A stretch of 54,125 nt of DNA. It comes from an uncultured Clostridium sp. GTDB taxonomy: Bacteria; Bacillota; Clostridia; TANB77; CAG-508. The position numbers and the translations under genes were made by a program. The notes below the pieces were generated by a model. That model was given only the letters and a program-made list of their open reading frames with translations, made no database searches and was not told the origin of the DNA. Below are positions 39,010 through 49,718 of the stretch, piece by piece (positions within the stretch are counted from its first letter, which is position 1; each line of letters begins with the position of its first letter). Where the stretch lies: NCBI GenBank assembly GCA_948472955.1, contig CAOKVW010000003.1:1-54125 (forward strand), written 5' to 3'.

Positions 39010-40512
39010 TTAAAACTCTTTCATATTTAATTCTAAATAAAACTCCACACCATTGTCTCTATTCACAACACCATATTCATTCCCATAATTACTCATAATA
39101 GCTTTAACAAAGGACAAACCAATACCTGTTCCCCCATCTTCTCTATTTCTAGATTCATCAATTTTATAAAATCGATTCCAAATTCTAGCTATATTCTCTT
39201 CTTTAATCGTATCCCCTGTATTAAACACTTTCACTCTAACTTTATTTTTCTCTATATCTACCTCATTTTCAATTTGGATATATTTTTCGCCATCCAATTC
39301 TTTGATATGCTTAATGGCATTGGTTAAATAATTACTAATCACTTGTTCTATGTAAAAATCATCTGCGAAAACAGTAATTTCGTCCATTGTTTGAAATTTA
39401 ATTTCAATGTTTTTTTCTTCTAGCATTACTTGTGATTTTCGTACAATCTCTTTTTCTAGTTCAACAATATTAAATTCTTTATCTTGAAATTCTCTCTTGC
39501 CATATTCTAATTTCATCAATTCTAGTAATTGTTTTACTAATCGGTCCATTTTATTGGTTTCATCTAAAATAACTTCGGCATAAAATCTCCTATTTTCTTC
39601 ATCTGAATTAACATTTTCCAATAATCCCTCGCTATACCCTTGAATTAAGGCAATTGGTGTTTTTAATTCATGTGACACATCTGATATAAAACTTTTTCTC
39701 ATCTCATCTATTTGAGATTTTTCTTCAATATCTTTTTCCAACTCTATATTAGTATTTCTTAATTGCTTAATTGTCCTCTCTAATTTATCAGACATCGCAT
39801 TAATACTTTTTCCTAGATGATTGATTTCATCATCTGCATTGGTAATTTTATATTTATGACTGAAATCTAAATTCGCCATTTTTTTAGCGATATCGTTTAA
39901 CTCTGCTATCGGGTCACCAAATTTTCTTGATACATAAGATACAATAACAGCAGCAATTAAAATTGCAAATCCTGCCATTAAATATAAAAAGTTATTCGAA
40001 ATTTTTACACTCTCTTGAATAGACGTAATTGGTATTCTAATATATAATAAATAACCATTATCTAAAATAGCAGATAACAAAACATAGGTAATACCATTTT
40101 TATTATCCATTATTTTTTTAATATTAAATTTCTCATCACTTTCTATCATTTCTTCTGAAGCACTATAAAATCTATTGGTCATTTCGCTCATTTGTCCTAG
40201 TGTAGAAAAAAAGTCTTTATTGGATGTAAATACATTAACATTTTGGTCATTTTTAATTAAAATATCAAAATTATTATTAATCGCCATTTTTTCTAATTGC
40301 GTTTCTAAATCCATAATTTGAGAACCATTATAATAATGATTTACTACATCATAGACTGATTTTAATGCTTTTGTCTTACTATATAAATAGAATTGCCCAA
40401 ATACAAAGTTATTGACTAATATAAGAAATAGAATGATTAGTAAAATAACAAATGATAATGTCATAAAAAGTCTTACTCTTACTGATTTTAGTGCATTCTT
40501 AAATTTATTCAT
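39010..40512 (-). CDS. HAMP-domain sensor histidine kinase
   Basis: 2 TM, HAMP, SDVSHELKTP, NYLTNAIKH, RFYK.D.SR...GGTGIGLS. Confidence 0.95.
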   Translation of the reverse strand: MNKFKNALKSVRVRLFMTLSFVILLIILFLILVNNFVFGQFYLYSKTKALKSVYDVVNHYYNGSQIMDLETQLEKMAINNNFDILIKNDQNVNVFTSNKDFFSTLGQMSEMTNRFYSASEEMIESDEKFNIKKIMDNKNGITYVLLSAILDNGYLLYIRIPITSIQESVKISNNFLYLMAGFAILIAAVIVSYVSRKFGDPIAELNDIAKKMANLDFSHKYKITNADDEINHLGKSINAMSDKLERTIKQLRNTNIELEKDIEEKSQIDEMRKSFISDVSHELKTPIALIQGYSEGLLENVNSDEENRRFYAEVILDETNKMDRLVKQLLELMKLEYGKREFQDKEFNIVELEKEIVRKSQVMLEEKNIEIKFQTMDEITVFADDFYIEQVISNYLTNAIKHIKELDGEKYIQIENEVDIEKNKVRVKVFNTGDTIKEENIARIWNRFYKIDESRNREDGGTGIGLSFVKAIMSNYGNEYGVVNRDNGVEFYLELNMKEF

Positions 40513-40530
40513 TTCCGTTCCTTTCTGTTT

Positions 40531-41211
40531 TTACGCTTTTCTTTCAAATTTGTATCCAATTCCTCTCATGGTTTTAATATATTTACCTTTTTTCCCTAAT
40601 TTATGTCTAATCTTTTTGATATGACTATCAATGGTTCTAGAGTCTCCATAGTAATCATAATTCCATACATTGTTTAAAATCTTATCTCTTGACAAAGCTA
40701 TATTTTCATTTTCAATTAGATAAATTAATAGTTCATACTCTCTTAAACTTAGTTCAATTGGTTTGCCATCTACTTTTACCGTTCTACCTTCTTTATCAAT
40801 CTCAATACCTGCATAATCTTTTATTTCTGTGGTATTTTTGTTGGTTCTTTTTAAAATGGCTTCTACCCTTGCTACCAATATTTTAGGACTAAATGGTTTG
40901 GAGATATATTCATCTACTCCCAATTCAAATCCAAATAATTCATCTTGTTCTTCTCCTCTAGCGGTCAACATGATAATAGGTATTTTGGATTCTTGCCTAA
41001 TTTGTCGAAGCACAGACCATCCATCCAATTTTGGCATCATAACGTCTAACAAAATTAGTGTGATTTTATTTTTATTTTCTTCGAATATCTCTAGGGCTTT
41101 TTCTCCATCTTCTGCCTCTAAAATACTATATCCTTTGGCTACTAAAAAATCTTTAATTAATTTTCTCATTCTTTGTTCATCATCAACAATTAAAATACAT
41201 TGATTGGACAT
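40531..41211 (-). CDS. OmpR/PhoB-family response regulator
   Basis: ILIVDDE, LDVMMP, MLTAR, KPFS, RTIDSHIK, TMRGIGY. Confidence 0.95.
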   Translation of the reverse strand: MSNQCILIVDDEQRMRKLIKDFLVAKGYSILEAEDGEKALEIFEENKNKITLILLDVMMPKLDGWSVLRQIRQESKIPIIMLTARGEEQDELFGFELGVDEYISKPFSPKILVARVEAILKRTNKNTTEIKDYAGIEIDKEGRTVKVDGKPIELSLREYELLIYLIENENIALSRDKILNNVWNYDYYGDSRTIDSHIKKIRHKLGKKGKYIKTMRGIGYKFERKA

Positions 41212-41343
41212 TTTAAATCCTTCCTTTCTCTCATGATATTATAAAAAAAAATTGTGTCTATCTTGTGAAAATACTTTTGTTTTTAGTGATTTTATGTTAT
41301 ACTAGATTAGTAACTTGTTGGTTTTATAAAGAAAGGAGTAAAA

Positions 41344-41571
41344 ATGGTTTTTTTACTCTCATGCCTTGCCATATGTTTTCCACTGGCAATTCTGTTTGGT
41401 ATTTTATCATGCAAGAAAAGAATTATGGAATGTGAACTAGTATATCTAGTTACTAATTGCTTTAAATTCTTTTTTTTCTTGGCATCTGCGGAATGGATTA
41501 TGCTTTGCATATGCTTGGCAGTGTGTGGATTAAATAAGATTTTCCCATGGGGAATCTCCTTATTGCTATAA
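41344..41571 (+). CDS. Small hydrophobic hypothetical protein
   Basis: AAAGGAG RBS before ATG; hydrophobic; followed by a terminator hairpin. Confidence 0.55.
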   Translation: MVFLLSCLAICFPLAILFGILSCKKRIMECELVYLVTNCFKFFFFLASAEWIMLCICLAVCGLNKIFPWGISLLL

Positions 41572-41574
41572 TCC

Positions 41575-41616
41575 AAAAAGGGGCTATCTGTGTTCACACA
41601 CGATAGTCCCCCTTTT
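41575..41616. terminator. Bidirectional terminator
   Basis: AAAAAGGGGCTATC / GATAGTCCCCCTTTTT. Confidence 0.7.
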
Positions 41617-42680
41617 TATTTTTTCATATAAATTGTTTTTGTATCATATGCCAACTCTATGTTTTCCTCTTGTAAAATTTTCATTATTTTATAATTAATA
41701 TCTTCTCTTTCTGCCACATAACTAGGATAATCCACTGAATTAGTAAAACTACAAATCAAAACATTCAATCCATTATCTGTAATATTATCAAACTTAACAA
41801 CAATAGAATCATCATAGATAGCTTCTCTTGCTTGCAACATATCCTCTACTCTCTTTTTAAATTTATCCAATTTATCCAATGGTGTATTTAATTCAACACA
41901 TAAATTCGTACGGTATCTTCTCTTTTCCATTTTACTCCAATTAACAATAGAAGCATTTGCAATGATTGAATTCGGTATATTCACCAAAGAGTTCTCAAAA
42001 GTTCTTAGTCTAGTACTTCTAAAAGTTATATCCTCTACTGTACCTTCAAAGGTATCCACTTGAATCCAATCACCCACGACAAAAGGTTTATCCAAAAAAA
42101 CAACCAATCCTGCAAATACATTTTTAGCTGTATCTTGGGCTGCAAGGGTTAAAATAACGCCTCCAATACCTAATCCAGCAACTAATCCATTTAGATTAAC
42201 ACCCAAAGCAGTAATGATAATAAATCCAGCTATGATGTAGATAATAGCCCTCACAATTTTCAAAGCGAAATCGAACATAGAATCTTCTACATCTTTGCTT
42301 GTTTTCTCTTTTATCTTTTGATAAAAAGAAGACTTTGGTGTAAAGCTTGTAGCCAATCCTCTTGCAAACGAAATCGTGCTAATAATAATAAACGCTTTAT
42401 GGGCAACAAACATAACATCATCTGTTAGCTTGCATGGCTCTTTCAAAAATACAATTGCTAAATAAAATCCTAATATCACAAAAAATATCTTCAATGGATG
42501 GTAGAAGGCACTCTCCCTGATATTTTTTGCTTTTTTCTCTCTTATCTTAAACATTCTAATAATGATATATGAAAAACTACTACTAAAAATTCTAAAAAAT
42601 AAAATCATCCCAAGTGCTGTTAATAGATCAACAACTTGTACAGTAGTAATATTTTCTATCAAATTCGTAATTTGCTCCAT
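41616..42680 (-). CDS. mscS: Small-conductance mechanosensitive channel (MscS family)
   Basis: AGLGIGG...AAQDT..N.FAG...DKPFVVGDWI...GTVEDI.FRST.LRT...IPNS. Confidence 0.9.
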   Translation of the reverse strand: MEQITNLIENITTVQVVDLLTALGMILFFRIFSSSFSYIIIRMFKIREKKAKNIRESAFYHPLKIFFVILGFYLAIVFLKEPCKLTDDVMFVAHKAFIIISTISFARGLATSFTPKSSFYQKIKEKTSKDVEDSMFDFALKIVRAIIYIIAGFIIITALGVNLNGLVAGLGIGGVILTLAAQDTAKNVFAGLVVFLDKPFVVGDWIQVDTFEGTVEDITFRSTRLRTFENSLVNIPNSIIANASIVNWSKMEKRRYRTNLCVELNTPLDKLDKFKKRVEDMLQAREAIYDDSIVVKFDNITDNGLNVLICSFTNSVDYPSYVAEREDINYKIMKILQEENIELAYDTKTIYMKK

Positions 42681-42705
42681 TTTTATTCTCCATAATCTTT
42701 CAATT

Positions 42706-44010
42706 TTAACCCATGTAGTCACGCAACTTCTTACTTCTACTAGGATGTCTCAACTTTCTCAAAGCCTTAGCCTCTATTTGTCTAATTCTCTCACGAGTTA
42801 CTTCGAATTCACGACCTACTTCTTCCAATGTTCTAGCCTTTCCATCCTCTAATCCAAATCTTAGCTTTAAGACCTTTGCTTCTCTTGGTGTCAAAGTATT
42901 CATAACATCCTCTAGTTGTTCCTTCAATAAAGTGTAAGCAGCAGAATCATGAGGAGCTGGACTGTCATCATCTTGTATAAAATCTCCCAAATGGCTATCA
43001 TCTTCTTCCCCTATTGGTGTTTCCAAAGAAACTGGGTCTTGTGCTATCTTCTGAATTTCCATAACCTTTTCCACTGGTATTTCCATCTCTTCTGCTATTT
43101 CATCTGGGGTTGGTTCTCTTCCCATTTGTTGCAATAAATGTCTTGATGTTCTTATCAATTTATTAATCGTTTCCACCATGTGTACAGGAATTCTTATGGT
43201 TCTTGCTTGGTCGGCAATTGCTCTTGTAATAGCTTGTCTAATCCACCAAGTAGCATACGTACTAAATTTAAAGCCCTTGGTATAATCAAATTTTTCAACT
43301 GCCTTAATCAATCCCATATTTCCTTCTTGAATTAAATCTAAAAATAGCATTCCTCTACCCACATATTTTTTGGCAATACTTACTACTAATCTTAAATTAG
43401 ACTCTGCTAATTGTTGTTTTGCTTCTTCATCACCATCTAGGATTCTTTTTGCTAAATCTAATTCTTGTTCAAAAGTCAAAAGTGATATTCTTCCAATTTC
43501 TCTTAAATACATTCTAACAGGGTCATCTACATTAATACTTTCATAATTAGTATCTGTTATTTCATCTAGTTTTAAATCCTCTACTTCTTTTAAATCTTCA
43601 ATATCTGGTTCTTCTTCTAACTCATCTGATAATAAATCGACTCCTAATTCCTCAAAAGCATCAAAAACTTGGTCAATTTGTTCTGGATTGACATCATCTA
43701 ATTCTGTTGCCAAATCTCCATAAGTTATTTGACCCTTTTCTTTGGCTTTTTTTAATATGCTATTTACTTTTTCTTCTTTTAATTTACTATCTATTTTATT
43801 TTCTGCTTTTTCCTCTTTTTGTGTTGGTTCTTCTTTTTCTTCTTTCTTGCTTGCTTTTTTATTTTCTGCCTTCTTTTTAGCTTTTTCTCTTGCTTCTTCT
43901 ATTTTCTCTGTTTTTGTATTGGTAGTCTTTTTTTCCTTTTTATCCACTGCTTTTTTATTTCCTTTTGTCTCTTTGTTTTCTTCTTTCATCTCTTCTTTTT
44001 TCTTTGCCAT
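42706..44010 (-). CDS. rpoD: RNA polymerase primary sigma factor
   Basis: [45 protein letters not shown]. Confidence 0.98.
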   Translation of the reverse strand: MAKKKEEMKEENKETKGNKKAVDKKEKKTTNTKTEKIEEAREKAKKKAENKKASKKEEKEEPTQKEEKAENKIDSKLKEEKVNSILKKAKEKGQITYGDLATELDDVNPEQIDQVFDAFEELGVDLLSDELEEEPDIEDLKEVEDLKLDEITDTNYESINVDDPVRMYLREIGRISLLTFEQELDLAKRILDGDEEAKQQLAESNLRLVVSIAKKYVGRGMLFLDLIQEGNMGLIKAVEKFDYTKGFKFSTYATWWIRQAITRAIADQARTIRIPVHMVETINKLIRTSRHLLQQMGREPTPDEIAEEMEIPVEKVMEIQKIAQDPVSLETPIGEEDDSHLGDFIQDDDSPAPHDSAAYTLLKEQLEDVMNTLTPREAKVLKLRFGLEDGKARTLEEVGREFEVTRERIRQIEAKALRKLRHPSRSKKLRDYMG

Positions 44011-44062
44011 CCTTGAATCCTTCCTTTCTAAATTGTTTCCATCTGTCCGGAAAAGAATTTTA

Positions 44063-45850
44063 TCAATTTTGCTTACTAATTTTATTTAAGCGAATGCCAA
44101 TATCTCTTAATTCCTTCTCCAATTGTTCTTTCTGATTACTTTCTAAATTTTGTCCTAACAATGCTAATATTTCAAATTTACGATGACTTAGCTTGTCCCT
44201 CTCATAACCTTGCATAACATCATCAATCGCTTTTTCCATATCTTGAATCTCATAATCATCTGCCATAATTTCTGTAATATGATTTTGCTCTCTTTCTCCT
44301 AGCATATCTATCATGCTATTTATATTACTATTTCCTTTTTCAAATTCTTCATACAGCTTTTTGGCAATTTCTTGATTAATCGTATCTTTAAAGTCTTCTA
44401 CTTTAATATTTTGTTGCATGATTTGAAAAACATTCATATCTCCTGTTAATAAGATAGATATTGCTGTATTTTCTCTTTTTCTTACCTTTTCTGAAATAGG
44501 ATTTTCTTCTATTTTTTGCTCGTTTATTTCAAGTCTTGGTTTCTCTAAAGTCTTTTCACTTTTGCTACGATACATTTGTTTATTAACTTCTGCATAAATA
44601 GCTTCTTTGGATATATCATACTCTTTGGCAATTTTGTCTATATAGATTTCTCTTTCTATGGTATTGTCTACTCTAGCAATTAGTTTTGCAATTTCATTTA
44701 AAAATTTAATTTTATCATTTACACTCTCTAAATTCAAATTTTGTTTTAATACTTTTACTTTAAATTCAATCACAGAAAGTGCCTTTTCCACTAAATTGTT
44801 AAATCTGCTATTTCCATATTTAATAATGTATTCATCTGGGTCTTTTGCTCCCTCCATTTGTAAGATTCTGATGTCGCATCCCATATCTTGTAGAATATCC
44901 AATGCTCTTATTTTAGCAGTAAGACCCGCCTCGTCGGAATCAAAACTTAGTATGATTTTTTCTGAGTTTTTTCTAAGTAACCAACCTTGTTGCTGTGTTA
45001 GTGCTGTTCCTAATGGTGCCACTACATTAGTAATTCCTCTTTGATGAAGGGAGATAACATCCATATAGCCTTCTACAATTAAAATTTGCTTGATATCCCC
45101 TTTTTTGGCAACATTTAATCCAAATAGATTTCTTCCTTTACTATACACAACATTTTCAGGTGAATTGATATACTTTGGCTTAGAATCATCTAATACTCTT
45201 CCTCCAAAAGCGATTACTCTACCTCTTACATCACAAATAGGAAACATAAGTCTGTTTCTATATCTGTCTATATATTGTCCTTTGTCATTTCGATTGACTA
45301 ATCCTGATTCTAAAATTTCGGTTTCTTCAAATCCTTGTTTTTTCAATCCCTGATATAGTTCATCAAATTTTCCTGAAAATCCAATTTGAAAAGATTTTAA
45401 AGTTTCATTGGTCAATTTTCTTTTTTTGATGTAATCTTGTGCTATTTTTGACTCTGGTTGATAGAGATTTTGGTGATAGTAATTGGCAGCCCATTCATTT
45501 ACTTTATATACTTTAGCTTTTAACAATTCTTTGGCTGCATCTCCACCATTTTCTAAGGTTGGTAATTGTATATTGGCTCTTTCTGCTAAAGTTTGGACTG
45601 CTTCCACAAAATTAATACCTTCTATTTTAGTTAAGAAAGTAAATACATTTCCTCCTACCCCACAGCCAAAACAATGAAATATTTGCTTGTCTGGCGATAC
45701 AGAAAAAGAGGGAGATTTTTCATTATGAAAGGGACATAGCCCAAAAAAATTTCTTCCGCTTCTTTTTAAATGCACATATTGTGATATGATATCTACAATA
45801 TCATTCGTTTGCCTTATTTCGTCTATCATTTCATCACTATAACGTTGCAT
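44063..45850 (-). CDS. dnaG: DNA primase
   Basis: [16 protein letters not shown] zinc finger, KYINSPE, VEGYMD, FDSDEAG; likely start is ATG 45850. Confidence 0.97.
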   Translation of the reverse strand: MQRYSDEMIDEIRQTNDIVDIISQYVHLKRSGRNFFGLCPFHNEKSPSFSVSPDKQIFHCFGCGVGGNVFTFLTKIEGINFVEAVQTLAERANIQLPTLENGGDAAKELLKAKVYKVNEWAANYYHQNLYQPESKIAQDYIKKRKLTNETLKSFQIGFSGKFDELYQGLKKQGFEETEILESGLVNRNDKGQYIDRYRNRLMFPICDVRGRVIAFGGRVLDDSKPKYINSPENVVYSKGRNLFGLNVAKKGDIKQILIVEGYMDVISLHQRGITNVVAPLGTALTQQQGWLLRKNSEKIILSFDSDEAGLTAKIRALDILQDMGCDIRILQMEGAKDPDEYIIKYGNSRFNNLVEKALSVIEFKVKVLKQNLNLESVNDKIKFLNEIAKLIARVDNTIEREIYIDKIAKEYDISKEAIYAEVNKQMYRSKSEKTLEKPRLEINEQKIEENPISEKVRKRENTAISILLTGDMNVFQIMQQNIKVEDFKDTINQEIAKKLYEEFEKGNSNINSMIDMLGEREQNHITEIMADDYEIQDMEKAIDDVMQGYERDKLSHRKFEILALLGQNLESNQKEQLEKELRDIGIRLNKISKQN

Positions 45851-46008
45851 TTTTTCCTCACTTTCTTTCAGTTTAGTTTCGGGAAACCCTTGTTGCACTT
45901 GAATTAGCACCAAAATTCGTACCATATTCCCAATCAATCCATATAGTTATATTATTCGACGGATTTTACGTAAATCCTTCTTGATTTTTAAAAAAATTGC
46001 CAAAAGAT

Positions 46009-46692
46009 TTATCTCTTTTGACAATTTTCTACTTTGCTTAATAGCATCATTTTATTGTCTAATTTATGGATTATTTTCGCATAATTAACCCATTCTTTTG
46101 ACTCTTTTTTGCTAATCTCATTCTCTGCCTTGTATTTCATTTTATGCTCTAAATTAGACCAAAAATCCATTGCCATGGTTCGAATTTGAATTTCTACTTT
46201 AACATAGATATTTTTTTGCGTTATCATAATTGGTACTTCTACAATTAAATGATAACTAGCATAACCGCTTTTTTTAGGATAAGTGATATAATCCTTCTCT
46301 TTCAAAACATGAATACCAGGAATTTTTTGTATGCAATCTTTGATAGAAAAAACATCTTTTTTCAAAGGACATACAATTCGAATGCCAGCAATATCGTTTA
46401 TATTTTCAATCATATTCTTATACGTAAGTTTTATATTTCTCTTTTTCATCTTATGTACAATACTTTCTGGTTCTTTAATTCGCGTATGGATATGGTCTAT
46501 TAAGTCATACTGATAAAATATTTTGAATTCATCTTTTAAAATTCCTATTTTGGTTTCTAATTCTCGAATCGCTATGGAATAAATAAACATTAGCTTTTCA
46601 AAAGTTTTGTCTTCTACTTGTAATGTCTTGTTATAATCCATAAAGTTTTCTATTTTTATTAAACTGTCTGCTTGTTTCTTTTTGTGTTTCAT
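46009..46692 (-). CDS. Small alarmone synthetase (RelA/SpoT-domain GTP pyrophosphokinase)
   Basis: RIKEPES..K, DIAGIRI, KDYI..PK.SGY.SYH, EIQIRT.AMDFW..LEH. Confidence 0.9.
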   Translation of the reverse strand: MKHKKKQADSLIKIENFMDYNKTLQVEDKTFEKLMFIYSIAIRELETKIGILKDEFKIFYQYDLIDHIHTRIKEPESIVHKMKKRNIKLTYKNMIENINDIAGIRIVCPLKKDVFSIKDCIQKIPGIHVLKEKDYITYPKKSGYASYHLIVEVPIMITQKNIYVKVEIQIRTMAMDFWSNLEHKMKYKAENEISKKESKEWVNYAKIIHKLDNKMMLLSKVENCQKR

Positions 46693-46816
46693 GTAAGCCT
46701 ATACACCTCTCTTTATATTTAGTATATGCTTGATATTATCGTTTTATTGTTATCAATTGATATTTTTTTTGTGTCTTTTTCGTGAAAAACCATAAAAAAA
46801 TGAGACCTCATTTGTC

Positions 46817-48097
46817 TCATTTAAATCTTGTTATCAATTCTTCTTGTGTATAAATCACTTTTTCTCCTGTTTTTATATTTTCAACCTCCATTTTATCTCC
46901 CTCTGTTTTATCTCCTAAAACAATCATATAAGGAGTTCCCAACACTTTACAATCTTTCATTTTACTGCCTATACTTAGATTTTCTCTGTCATCTAAAATA
47001 GCTGTAATTCCTTCTTTTTGTAAAGTGATATATAGTTCATTTGCTTGTTTTACTTTTTCGGGATTATCCATTTTTGGAATAATTTGAATTCGATAAGGAG
47101 CTATCGTTTCTGGTAAAGAAAAACCACAAGGTCCCCATTTCGTGTCATTGATTAAACATTGCTCATATAATGCTGCTACGGTTCTACTTACTCCTATTCC
47201 ATAACATCCCATATAATATAAAGATTGTTTTCCCTCTTGATTCGTAAATTCTCCATTCATTATTTCAGAATATCTAGTTCCTAATTGGAAAATATGTCCC
47301 AATTCCATCGTTCTTATTTCTTTAAAATTTGAAATATCTTCTATTCCATATTCTTCTTTCAAATACTCTTGGTAATTCTCTTTTTCTAATATTTCTGTAT
47401 TTAAGCCTATTTTTGCTTCTTCATCATAAAGTATTTTATCTTCCCCTTGTTCGGAAATCAGCATAAATTCTTCTGATTTTTTTCCTCCCATTGCTCCATT
47501 ATCTGCAACGATAGGAATTACATCCATTCCTATTTTTTCAAATATCTCTAAAAATGCTTTTCTAGTATTTTCATAAGATTTAGCCATTCCTTCTTCATCT
47601 GCATCAAAGCTATAAGCATCTAACATAGGAAAAGATTTTCCTCTTAATAAATATCCTCTGGTTCTAATTTCGTTTCTATATTTTTCTCCAATTTGATAAT
47701 AGGTTACTGGTAAGTTTTTGTAAGATTTTAATTTTTCTCTGGCAAATTCTAAGATTGCTTCTTCTCCTGTTGGTGCTAAACAAAATGTTCCTTTATTGGA
47801 TTCGGTTATTAGCATAGTTCCATCTTCTACATAATGGTCATATCTTCCTGAGTTTTTCCATATCGTATCTGGTTGCAAAGTTGGCAGTAAAACTTCTATA
47901 CATCCATATTTATTTAAAGTTTCTACAATTATTCTTTCTATATTTCTTCTTACTAATAGTGGTACTGTATGATAGGCAAATAATCCTGCACCATATTGTA
48001 CTAATTGTCCTGTTTGTAACAATATGCTTTGACCTGGATACATTTCATCTATATTATTTAATTTTACCGTTCCTAGTCCTGTTTGTGACAGTTTCAT
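46817..48097 (-). CDS. proS: Prolyl-tRNA synthetase (short form)
   Basis: LAPTGEE, KYRNEIR.R..LLR...F.M.DAYSF, ELGHIFQLG, MGCYGIGVSR. Confidence 0.93.
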   Translation of the reverse strand: MKLSQTGLGTVKLNNIDEMYPGQSILLQTGQLVQYGAGLFAYHTVPLLVRRNIERIIVETLNKYGCIEVLLPTLQPDTIWKNSGRYDHYVEDGTMLITESNKGTFCLAPTGEEAILEFAREKLKSYKNLPVTYYQIGEKYRNEIRTRGYLLRGKSFPMLDAYSFDADEEGMAKSYENTRKAFLEIFEKIGMDVIPIVADNGAMGGKKSEEFMLISEQGEDKILYDEEAKIGLNTEILEKENYQEYLKEEYGIEDISNFKEIRTMELGHIFQLGTRYSEIMNGEFTNQEGKQSLYYMGCYGIGVSRTVAALYEQCLINDTKWGPCGFSLPETIAPYRIQIIPKMDNPEKVKQANELYITLQKEGITAILDDRENLSIGSKMKDCKVLGTPYMIVLGDKTEGDKMEVENIKTGEKVIYTQEELITRFK

Positions 48098-48123
48098 GTA
48101 AATCCCTCTTTTCCTTTCATTTT

Positions 48124-48771
48124 TTATGATTCTTCTTTGATTGCTTCCCTTTCGGGCATTGGAGCCTCTGGTTTTCCTTCTTTATTTTCAGTTGATTCTT
48201 CTTCGTCTTTTTCTTGTTCCACTAATTCATCGATTACAATTTGTTGATTTTCATCCATTTTATATTTTGGTAACTCTGGTAATTCTTCTAAAGAAGCATA
48301 ACCAAACATTCTTAAAAAATCATCTGTAGTTCGATATGACATTGGTTTTCCGGGTAAATCAATCTTTCCCGCTTCTTCAATTAATCCATATTCTAATAAT
48401 TTATAAACACAAGCATCTGCTGAAACGCCACGTATAGCTTCTATTTCTGCTCTACTTATTTTGGGATTATAGGCAATAATTGCTAATGTCTCTAGTGCTG
48501 CATTGGATAAATTTGGCTTATTTCTTTTATCCACCACTGGAAGGATAACATCTTGTAATTCTTTTTTGGTACCTAATTGATAAGATTGATTAATCCTTAT
48601 GATTTCAATCCCTCTGGCTTGTTGCTTATATTCTTCTTGCATACTAGCTATGATATTTTCTATGTCTTCTTCTGATATTTCTAGACTTAATATTAATTCT
48701 TTTTGCGTAACTGGTCTTCCAGCTGCAAACAAGATAGCCTCTATTGCGGATTTTAATTGATTAATTTCCAT
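48124..48771 (-). CDS. scpB: SMC-Scp complex subunit ScpB
   Basis: IEAILFAAG.P, LS.AALETLAIIAY, RAEIEAIRGV, PGKP..Y.TT..FL..FG. Confidence 0.95.
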   Translation of the reverse strand: MEINQLKSAIEAILFAAGRPVTQKELILSLEISEEDIENIIASMQEEYKQQARGIEIIRINQSYQLGTKKELQDVILPVVDKRNKPNLSNAALETLAIIAYNPKISRAEIEAIRGVSADACVYKLLEYGLIEEAGKIDLPGKPMSYRTTDDFLRMFGYASLEELPELPKYKMDENQQIVIDELVEQEKDEEESTENKEGKPEAPMPEREAIKEES

Positions 48772-48912
48772 TTTTTCCTCTTTCTTTTTTAATTGTACAT
48801 TGATTACATTATTTTAGTATATTCTATTTTTTGTCCTATACATTATGCCATGAATAGCCTATTTTGTCAATAATTTTGAATTTTTTAAGTTTCCCATTTT
48901 TCTTATTTTTTA

Positions 48913-49084
48913 ATCTAAAAATTATCCTATCTAGTAAAATGAAATGATGCGCAGTTTGGTAGGACACTATTCATACAGATAAGCCAGATTAATTCTTATC
49001 TATTTGAACTATAACGAAACTATTTTATAGGATTAGTCCTACCAGTAAAGAATGGAATTTTACTAGATAGGATAATTTTTAGAT
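48913..49084. repeat. Palindrome of about 170 bp with branched centre
   Basis: Perfect 28-bp inverted repeat ATCTAAAAATTATCCTATCTAGTAAAAT; inner TGGTAGGAC/GTCCTACCA. Confidence 0.88.
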
Positions 49085-49187
49085 AATCAAATCATTGAAA
49101 AACATTAAAACTTAAATTTCAAATTTTCTTGCACTTTTAAATGTAATATGATACTATACTTTTAATAAAAAAAGGGAGGTATCCTTT

Positions 49188-49388
49188 ATGGAGGAAAAAA
49201 AGAATTTAGAAGTAGTTTCTGGAGATGGTTCAGACTTAAATATTTCACCAGTTTACGAGCATCTACATGTTGGCAAACCTAAATCTGCCAAAGAAAAGCC
49301 AACTGGTATTGTAATTCCAAAAGTTTCAAATAAAACTTCAAAAAAGGAAAAAGATAATAAGGAAGACGAAAAAAAGGAAGAAAATTAA
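49188..49388 (+). CDS. Small charged hypothetical protein
   Basis: GGGAGG RBS, upstream TTGCAC..TACTAT promoter-like sequence, terminator hairpin over the stop. Confidence 0.75.
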   Translation: MEEKKNLEVVSGDGSDLNISPVYEHLHVGKPKSAKEKPTGIVIPKVSNKTSKKEKDNKEDEKKEEN

Positions 49389-49406
49389 ATTTTCTTCCTT
49401 TTTTAT

Positions 49407-49582
49407 TAATTTGGAAAAGAATTGTTATTTGGCTATGCTGAGGCTGTTAAAGCTTTGCTTGTTACAGCGTCAGTATGCGTTAGCTGGCGCACAAGTTTTC
49501 AATTTATGAGGCGTACGATGGTACGTTGATTAAATTGAAAATGAAGTGCAACAACGCCAAATGATAATTATTTTTCAAATTA
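49407..49582. repeat. Structured palindromic element of about 175 bp
   Basis: Outer TAATTTGGAAAAGAATTGTTATTTGGC / GCCAAATGATAATTATTTTTCAAATTA; two inner hairpins, one capped CGTAC-GATG-GTACG. Confidence 0.8.
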
Positions 49583-49717
49583 CTCTTCTACTTTTTCAAA
49601 CAACTCTTTACTAACACCACACAAAGGGCAAGTCCAATCTTCTGGTAAATCTTCAAACTTCACACCCTCTGCCTCTTCATCGTAGATGTAACCACAAACT
49701 GTACATTTATATTTCAT
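49580..49717 (-). CDS. Rubredoxin (45 aa, absent from the ORF track)
   Basis: [13 protein letters not shown]...[15 protein letters not shown]. Confidence 0.95.
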   Translation of the reverse strand: MKYKCTVCGYIYDEEAEGVKFEDLPEDWTCPLCGVSKELFEKVEE

Positions 49718-49718
49718 C

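Noticed and set aside
41307-41597. Minus-strand 96-aa ORF
   Set aside because: It starts inside a terminator hairpin and overlaps a plus-strand ORF that has a better RBS.
45851-45937. 29-aa N-terminal extension of DnaG
   Set aside because: GAGG precedes ATG 45850 and primase similarity begins there.
48124-48771. scpB without adjacent scpA
   Set aside because: Split scpA/scpB arrangements are not rare, and scpA may lie outside the window.
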